A model generated the notes under the pieces. The model ran no database searches and was not told the DNA's origin. It was given only the letters and a program-made list of their open reading frames with translations. Positions 58,069-64,000 of a stretch of 64,000 nucleotides of DNA are shown here, in pieces. The number at the start of each line of letters is the position of its first letter. Position 1 is the stretch's first letter. The DNA is from an uncultured virus (IMG/VR IMGVR_UViG_3300030333_003802). Its lineage: Duplodnaviria; Heunggongvirae; Uroviricota; Caudoviricetes. The stretch lies in the IMG/VR virus record IMGVR_UViG_3300030333_003802, positions 1-64,000 of that record; one strand, 5' to 3'. Both the position numbers and the translations under genes were made by a program.

Positions 58069-58947
58069 TTACATTAACTCATCTAGCCCAGCGCCTTGCG
58101 ATAGCAACTTGTCAAATACAGCATCGTCTACTGATTTTTCTTCTCTTTGTGTGTTCCCAGCTGATGCAACACTTTGAGGCATTTGTCTAACATTTTTCAT
58201 TTGTTGGACTATCTCTTCTCTAGCACCTTCTGCTACTTGAGCATCTCGGTTTTCTCTATTTTTGAGATAATATACATCCTCTAATGATAATCTATGTGAT
58301 TTTGCGTAATCCATTAAATCATTATAGCTTTCTTCTGACATTTGATACTTTTGTTTAAAAGCATTTTCTTCAGAAGCTCTACGTGATTGTATAGATTGTT
58401 GTTTTGCATAATCACCTAATCTTCTTTGCACCACTCCATCAACTGTTGCATTAAACAACTTTGCTGATGCCGAAGCAGGGTCTGACAAAGCATCGTCATA
58501 ATCAAAAACGAAATCTTCATCTAAGCCAAGCTGCTCTTTTACGCTCTTAGGAGCCGAGCCGCCACCCTCAAAATAACCTCTCACATGAGAAATTAAATTA
58601 GGGTCTTCTTTCATTGCATTTAGTAAAGGCATATAAGGTTCTAACTCTTTTAAACGAGTGTTAAGTCGTTTAGCTTCTCGAGATGAATCCGAATATCTCT
58701 TTTCTAAATTAGCTACATCCTCATTAGGATTAGCTTTTTGCTCTACTTCAGGGTTCCCTTGTGGGGAAGTTATCTGTTCTTGTTGAGCTTCTTCTATTGG
58801 CTGTTCTATTACATCACCCATAACTTGTCTATCAAGCTGAGAAAAAAAATCTTCAGCCACAGTATCTTGCTCTATAGGGGCTGCTTGTTCGGTTACCGCT
58901 CTTTCAGCGTCATCTACTAGCAGGTTGTCCTGTGTTATTTCACTCAT
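58069..58947 (-). CDS. Scaffolding protein B
   Basis: Between portal and capsid; FDYDDALSDPASAS vs FDPWDAYYKPESES in A. Confidence 0.7.
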   Translation of the reverse strand: MSEITQDNLLVDDAERAVTEQAAPIEQDTVAEDFFSQLDRQVMGDVIEQPIEEAQQEQITSPQGNPEVEQKANPNEDVANLEKRYSDSSREAKRLNTRLKELEPYMPLLNAMKEDPNLISHVRGYFEGGGSAPKSVKEQLGLDEDFVFDYDDALSDPASASAKLFNATVDGVVQRRLGDYAKQQSIQSRRASEENAFKQKYQMSEESYNDLMDYAKSHRLSLEDVYYLKNRENRDAQVAEGAREEIVQQMKNVRQMPQSVASAGNTQREEKSVDDAVFDKLLSQGAGLDELM

Positions 58948-58961
58948 ACTGTACTCCTTCT

Positions 58962-58990
58962 AATTTACTGTATGTTTTTTTATTTATCAA
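58962..58990 (-). promoter_or_regulatory. Promoter upstream of scaffold/capsid B
   Basis: TTGATA-N17-TAAATT, then AAGGAG. Confidence 0.5.
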
Positions 58991-61223
58991 CACTATTTTT
59001 TTTTCTTTCTAGTGCCAATTCTTTTTCGTGCAAACTAACGGTATCTTGCATTACGCCTCTTAATAAACGTTGCTCTTGTTGTGTTTGCGATACTTCTTGT
59101 TCTATTTTCTTAGAACCTTTTTGAATTTTTTCTTTTATACCAGCTTGTACTAATTGTCGTTCTAATGTTTCTATTGTTCCAGACTGGTCTTTAATTTGTT
59201 CTTCCATTCCAGCAATTTGTGATTGCATTTGAGAATACATGCTTTTACGTTGCAATAATGGTTTTTTATTTCTTATATCAGTTTGTTCAATCATAGCAAT
59301 ATCATCTATTAATCCCGATTGATACCATTTAAAATATTCATCTTGTAATGCCCATCTATTAACTGGTTGTGTTGAACCTGCTATAATTCGTATATCAAAT
59401 TTTGAAGTTTGATAATCATTATATCTTTCTACTACTTTTCCATAATCATTATAAATAGGAATGTTGATAGACACTTCTTGTACTTCGGCTTCACTAGCTC
59501 CTGCTTCTGGTTGAACAACTCTAAATACTTTTTGCGTAGTGTATGTAAATTGTGCTACAGTTTTAAATATTTGTCCCATATGTTCTAAAGCTGGTTCTAT
59601 GCAATTATTAACCCATTGTCTAATTCTTCGTGTTCCATATTCATCCATTGCTAACATACCACGATAAGTTTCGTGACTATCTTGTCCAACACCTTGCATA
59701 CTAGAAGATATACCGCTAATATATTCTATATCTGATTTACCTTGTTGTGTTATAGTGTAAAAAGCATTATTAATTGGTAAAGGTTGTATTGCGTTAGGAA
59801 CATCAAATCCTTGTCTATATTTTAATAAAGCTCCAGGACTACTTGAATATTTTTCCCATTCTTCTTCGTCAATAGCTCCTTCTGTATATAACCATCTTAA
59901 ATTAGATGCTAAATTTGCATTATGTAACATAATTTGATGCGCTTTATTTATTTCTCTTTGTTTACCAATCATAGGTATAACAGCGCTAATAGGATATGGA
60001 GTATTTGTATGTTGATATGCGATAGGAATAATAGGATATTCTTCTATTGGCAATATACTTTCATATAAATACATATCACCAGCTGATGCACATACTTTTA
60101 TTTGAGTTTCAAAAAAATCTATAGCTTCTACTACTTGTTTTGCAAAAGCTTCCTCTTTCATTGACATATCAAAAGTAGCTTTATCCATAGTAGTTTGAAT
60201 AGTTTTAGTTTGAGCTTGAATTAATTCGGCTTCCATTACTGCTTGCATTTCTTGTAATTTAGACTGCATTTCCTTTTCGGCTTTTTGCAATTCTAATAAA
60301 GCTCTTTCTTCTAAAATTTCTCCCTCAGCTACTAAAGTATTTAGTTCTAGTTGTTTTTCTTTCATAGATACTTGCATTTCTGCTACCATATCTTGCATTT
60401 GCATTTCTGCTTGTTCTTTAATAGCTTTTAATTCTTCTTCTGTAGGAGGTTGACTTAACCAAAGATTAACTCTAGCAATTTTTTCTTTTGAATATACTTC
60501 GTAAAAATCTAAGATTTCATCTTGCTCTCCCTCTAAAGTATAGGCTTCTCTTTCAACATCTCCTGGTAATATTGCTTCTCCTTCGTGAACATCTCTCATA
60601 GAATATTGTTTTGATTGTGTTTGACCACTTGCTCTTACAATTTTTCTTTTATATTGAGGAAATAATTTTAATAAATGTGTTTTTGATAAGTTTTTTTGAA
60701 TAATTATATAACTTGCATCACGAAATAAAAAATCTCTACTCATTGGGTCAACATAAACATCATAAGGGTCTATTGAATTAAATATTACTTCTCCCATACC
60801 TCTATCAGCATCAGGGTCTACATCAACTTTAAAATATCCAACGCCTTTTACAAGAGCGTCTTGTATAATTTGTCCAAATAAACTTTTACCATTAGAATTA
60901 TGCCAACAATATTCAGCTATCATACTATGGACATGTGCTATATCAGTATCACTTCCATCTGTTCCAATTGCTTGCCATCTAGGATTGTTTGCTGTAACAA
61001 AAAATTTCATAATATCAATCGCTGGAGTAATACGATTAATAATAAAATCTGGCATACCGCCTTCTTTTAAATCTTCTAATTCTTCAGCTGTTAATTGTTC
61101 ATTTAAAAAGAAATCTAATCCTTTTTGTGAATCCATAAACCATTTTTTTCTATAATAATTATTTGCTTTATCAAACAAATGTTTATTTACATCAGCTTTA
61201 TTTTTTCTGCCTTTTTTAGCCAT
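58980..61223 (-). CDS. Portal protein B (P22-like)
   Basis: IDPYDVYVDP, YPIIP, QREINK, TQKVFRVVQP, DIRIIAGST; collinear with portal A. Confidence 0.88.
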   Translation of the reverse strand: MAKKGRKNKADVNKHLFDKANNYYRKKWFMDSQKGLDFFLNEQLTAEELEDLKEGGMPDFIINRITPAIDIMKFFVTANNPRWQAIGTDGSDTDIAHVHSMIAEYCWHNSNGKSLFGQIIQDALVKGVGYFKVDVDPDADRGMGEVIFNSIDPYDVYVDPMSRDFLFRDASYIIIQKNLSKTHLLKLFPQYKRKIVRASGQTQSKQYSMRDVHEGEAILPGDVEREAYTLEGEQDEILDFYEVYSKEKIARVNLWLSQPPTEEELKAIKEQAEMQMQDMVAEMQVSMKEKQLELNTLVAEGEILEERALLELQKAEKEMQSKLQEMQAVMEAELIQAQTKTIQTTMDKATFDMSMKEEAFAKQVVEAIDFFETQIKVCASAGDMYLYESILPIEEYPIIPIAYQHTNTPYPISAVIPMIGKQREINKAHQIMLHNANLASNLRWLYTEGAIDEEEWEKYSSSPGALLKYRQGFDVPNAIQPLPINNAFYTITQQGKSDIEYISGISSSMQGVGQDSHETYRGMLAMDEYGTRRIRQWVNNCIEPALEHMGQIFKTVAQFTYTTQKVFRVVQPEAGASEAEVQEVSINIPIYNDYGKVVERYNDYQTSKFDIRIIAGSTQPVNRWALQDEYFKWYQSGLIDDIAMIEQTDIRNKKPLLQRKSMYSQMQSQIAGMEEQIKDQSGTIETLERQLVQAGIKEKIQKGSKKIEQEVSQTQQEQRLLRGVMQDTVSLHEKELALERKKNSVDK

Positions 61224-61231
61224 ATATTACC

Positions 61232-61546
61232 TTATTTTTTTTTCTTTCTATTTTTAAATTTTTCAATTGCAGTACCTAACCCTAAACCAACTAATCCAGC
61301 TTTTCCGCCTTCTTCTTTTAGACGTTTTTCCACGATTTTTTGATAAGCTTTTCTTAATGCTGGTGTAGCTACTTGCATTGTGTTTCTTGCAACTGAAGCT
61401 CCTCTTATATAAGGATTTGTTTTACCTAGCATTTTTGATGCATCTATAACTTTTTTTCCAGCTGGACTTTTTTCTAGCATTTCATATTTATTAGCTACTT
61501 CTTTAAATAACCTCATCATTCTTTTTGTTTCTTTTGCGTCGCTCAT
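61232..61546 (-). CDS. Basic hypothetical protein
   Basis: RBS, Lys-rich. Confidence 0.55.
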   Translation of the reverse strand: MSDAKETKRMMRLFKEVANKYEMLEKSPAGKKVIDASKMLGKTNPYIRGASVARNTMQVATPALRKAYQKIVEKRLKEEGGKAGLVGLGLGTAIEKFKNRKKKK

Positions 61547-61561
61547 AATATTCTCCGTTAA

Positions 61562-61954
61562 TTAATCTCTTATCTCAAAATGAGGTAAGTCATCAAAGTT
61601 GTTGTCTTTTAATTCTGTATCTCTATCCCAATCTCCACCCCAACGAACAGTAAGTCCCATTGAAGCTGCAATCCCCATAACAAATCCAGCAAAATATGTA
61701 AATCGTTCTCTATCTTTCCAATCTATTGGATAAGGAGCAACGTCTACAGCTAATGAAGGATATTGGTTATGTTTACCTTTAGGATATTGTAATTTACTAA
61801 ACCCTTCTTCAAATAATTTGTTTTGTTCTTCTTCGCCACGATGACCTTGCAAAACAGTACAATCAAAATCTTCTACTACTCTTTCAAATAGCTCAATTAA
61901 TCTTGGGTCGCAAGTATTTAATTTTTCTTGTGATTTTTTACCGAAACTTGGCAT
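61562..61954 (-). CDS. Endolysin, M15 L-alanyl-D-glutamate peptidase
   Basis: GHR..EQ, KH....AVD, RWGGDW, DLPHFE. Confidence 0.9.
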   Translation of the reverse strand: MPSFGKKSQEKLNTCDPRLIELFERVVEDFDCTVLQGHRGEEEQNKLFEEGFSKLQYPKGKHNQYPSLAVDVAPYPIDWKDRERFTYFAGFVMGIAASMGLTVRWGGDWDRDTELKDNNFDDLPHFEIRD

Positions 61955-62589
61955 TAGTATGAATCCATTCCAGACATACGTCTTAAACGCATCATTTCTT
62001 CATTTTCTTTAGCACGTTTTTGTTTTTCTTCATAATTTCTCATAGTTTCAGAAGGCATTTTAGGGTTTATTATTTCTTGATTCGTAGCTTGTCTCATTGA
62101 TGGTTCTTTTTTTTTCTTACTAAAGTGTTTTCCTAATTGTTTTCTTATTACTTCTTGTCTATGTTGTAAAAAACGTTCTTCGTCAGCTTGCATTATTTTT
62201 TTTGCTTCTTCTTCAATCCATTTATCTTGTATAATATTTTCTATAGAATCACGTTTTGCTTTTAAAAATTGTTGCGATTCTAATGCTTTTTCAGGATTAA
62301 AGTTATCTAAAGTTGCTTGTCTAGTTGCTGGTCCAAATACGCTATCTACTGATGTTTTATAAAAACCTCGTTCTTTTAAAATTTGTTGCCATTCACCAAT
62401 TTGTGATTTTGTTAAATAAGTAGATGGTTCTAAATTTTGTCTAACTTGTCCTAATATAAAATCTTCCAAACCAAAATCTCTAATCCAAGATTGAGCTTCT
62501 TTAAATTTAGGACTTTTATTTTGTTCTACCATTTGTCTTTGTGCAAACGCTTTGTTAGACTCTCCTGGATATTGTGTATATTTTGGCAT
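61954..62589 (-). CDS. Protein with a peptidoglycan-binding (PG_binding_1-like) segment
   Basis: WQQILKERGFY...VDSVFGPATRQA. Confidence 0.65.
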   Translation of the reverse strand: MPKYTQYPGESNKAFAQRQMVEQNKSPKFKEAQSWIRDFGLEDFILGQVRQNLEPSTYLTKSQIGEWQQILKERGFYKTSVDSVFGPATRQATLDNFNPEKALESQQFLKAKRDSIENIIQDKWIEEEAKKIMQADEERFLQHRQEVIRKQLGKHFSKKKKEPSMRQATNQEIINPKMPSETMRNYEEKQKRAKENEEMMRLRRMSGMDSY

Positions 62590-62599
62590 AACTTATTCC

Positions 62600-62815
62600 T
62601 TATTTTTTATAAACTTTTTCTGCTCCTGCAATTCCAAACGAACCTAATGTTACCCAAACAAATGAATTATAAATATTATCGTTAATTATAATTTCTTGTC
62701 CTAATAAACCTGTTACTAAATCTACAACTCCAAATACGCACATAAGTGCAAAAGAAATAAATCCAATAATAGATTTTTCATTATATTCGTTTTTATCTTT
62801 AAATATTGCCCACAT
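62600..62815 (-). CDS. 71-aa two-TM membrane protein, paralog of 7237-7452
   Basis: Same length, identical last 23 aa. Confidence 0.7.
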   Translation of the reverse strand: MWAIFKDKNEYNEKSIIGFISFALMCVFGVVDLVTGLLGQEIIINDNIYNSFVWVTLGSFGIAGAEKVYKK

Positions 62816-62827
62816 CTTTCTTCTCCT

Positions 62828-64000
62828 TTAGGCTACTAGCCAACTTTTTGCTTTTCTTTTAGGTTTATACCATTTTGGCTTCTTTTTATCACCGTTTTGC
62901 TTATAATTAGGCGGAAAAGCGTGTAAATTTGCATAATATAAGCTCTCAATTGTGTCATCATGAGCCATTCTTGGTCCAAATGTAATGATTTCATTAATTA
63001 AATCAAACATATTTTCTCTAAAATATAAGGAACCTACACTAAAAATGCCAGATAAACCTGAATAAATTCTATTTCTTTTCTGTTGTCCTCCTGGTTTTTC
63101 AGGAATTACGCTAATATCATAACGATTAATTCTTCTTCTTTCGTCATTCAAAGCTTGAAAAATACTTCTATTCATAGCAACATCTTCTACTGTTGCACTA
63201 TTGCAATGGTATTTATTATACAATTCAATAATATAATCTACCACTCCTTTTTTGTCAAAAACTTTTCCATCCGCATCTTTTGCTCCCAAAGTAGGAATAC
63301 TTCTATGTCTTTCATATTCTAGTACATAACGATTATTGTTTGCATCAACTGCTATAACCATTATAACGCTAAAGTCAGATTCTTTTGTATCTATGTCTGT
63401 AGCTGGGTCGCAACCAATAAATGTAGTAACAGGAACACTTTCACCATCTTTAACAATATATCCCATATTATCATCTTTGTTCCATTCGTAATAACCTTCC
63501 CAATATTTAATATGTTTTTGTGTCCAAATAGAATCTTCTTCAGATTGTACTTGCATCATATATTCTTGGTAAAACTTAGAAGGTGTTCCACTATCTTGAT
63601 AGAATTTTTTCTTTTCTTCTAATTTTTCTAATGGAAACCAACCAGGCCACAAAGAAGTTCCATCGGGCAATATAGCTTTATAAGTAATTACTCTCCACGC
63701 AAAATCTTTTTGGTTTTCTCCTTGACGCTCGTAATTAACGATAAGATTATTGATGAAGCTATCAAAATGCACAGGAGTACCATTGACCCTAAGACGACCA
63801 GTATGAGGCTCAATAGCAGGATAAACAACAGCAGTAACGAGATTACTGTTTTTAGCCCTTGCTTCAGCCGTGATAGTATTCGCTTCGTGTTCAAAGTCGT
63901 CAAGTATGATGAGGTCGTATCTTTTATGCAATTTAGCACCTCCTCTAATACCCGCAACATTTGATTTACTAATGAGTTTACATCCATTTTTCAACTCCAC
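62828..64000 (-). CDS. terL: Terminase large subunit B (N-terminus beyond the window)
   Basis: IRG..RYDLIILDDFE, NGTP, FYQEYM, GCDPA..SD, FGP..HDDTIE. Confidence 0.9.
   Translation of the reverse strand: MELKNGCKLISKSNVAGIRGGAKLHKRYDLIILDDFEHEANTITAEARAKNSNLVTAVVYPAIEPHTGRLRVNGTPVHFDSFINNLIVNYERQGENQKDFAWRVITYKAILPDGTSLWPGWFPLEKLEEKKKFYQDSGTPSKFYQEYMMQVQSEEDSIWTQKHIKYWEGYYEWNKDDNMGYIVKDGESVPVTTFIGCDPATDIDTKESDFSVIMVIAVDANNNRYVLEYERHRSIPTLGAKDADGKVFDKKGVVDYIIELYNKYHCNSATVEDVAMNRSIFQALNDERRRINRYDISVIPEKPGGQQKRNRIYSGLSGIFSVGSLYFRENMFDLINEIITFGPRMAHDDTIESLYYANLHAFPPNYKQNGDKKKPKWYKPKRKAKSWLVA

Noticed and set aside
7966..64000. Modules A and B as a terminal repeat or assembly duplication of the same sequence
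   Set aside because: Paralogs differ in length and share only motif-level identity; gene insertions differ
1..64000. Stop-codon reassignment, prophage boundaries or host genes
   Set aside because: Standard code gives dense full-length genes; no integrase, att site or cellular housekeeping genes recognised

Overview
The window is an AT-rich, gene-dense segment of a tailed dsDNA bacteriophage. It looks podovirus-like: P22/SU10-type portal and capsid, a nozzle/stabilisation protein, large ejection proteins, and no tape measure, sheath, integrase or DNA polymerase recognised. It is a scaffold with two 10-N gaps (30148-30157 and 55985-55994). Layout: (1) 1-17290, minus strand: late genes with head/packaging module A (TerS, TerL, portal, scaffold, major capsid, neck proteins, tail fibre running off the left edge). 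(2) 17290-25400: promoter- and repeat-rich control region plus small early genes, a class II glutamine amidotransferase and an amidoligase. (3) 25400-31090, plus strand: recombination/replication genes (RHH regulator, Cas4-like nuclease, Rad52-like annealase, SSB, Hjc-like resolvase, DnaB). (4) 31090-64000, minus strand: ejection proteins, nozzle, lysis/membrane genes, tail fibres, and a SECOND syntenic but strongly diverged head/packaging module B (neck proteins, major capsid, scaffold, portal, TerL). The main finding is two apparently intact paralogous packaging and capsid operons flanking one replication module. The main alternative, a chimeric scaffold of two related phages joined at the DnaB gap, must be excluded. 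Several candidate structured RNAs, repeated regulatory motifs and unannotated micro-proteins were also seen. All family assignments come from motif recognition by eye, not from database searches.
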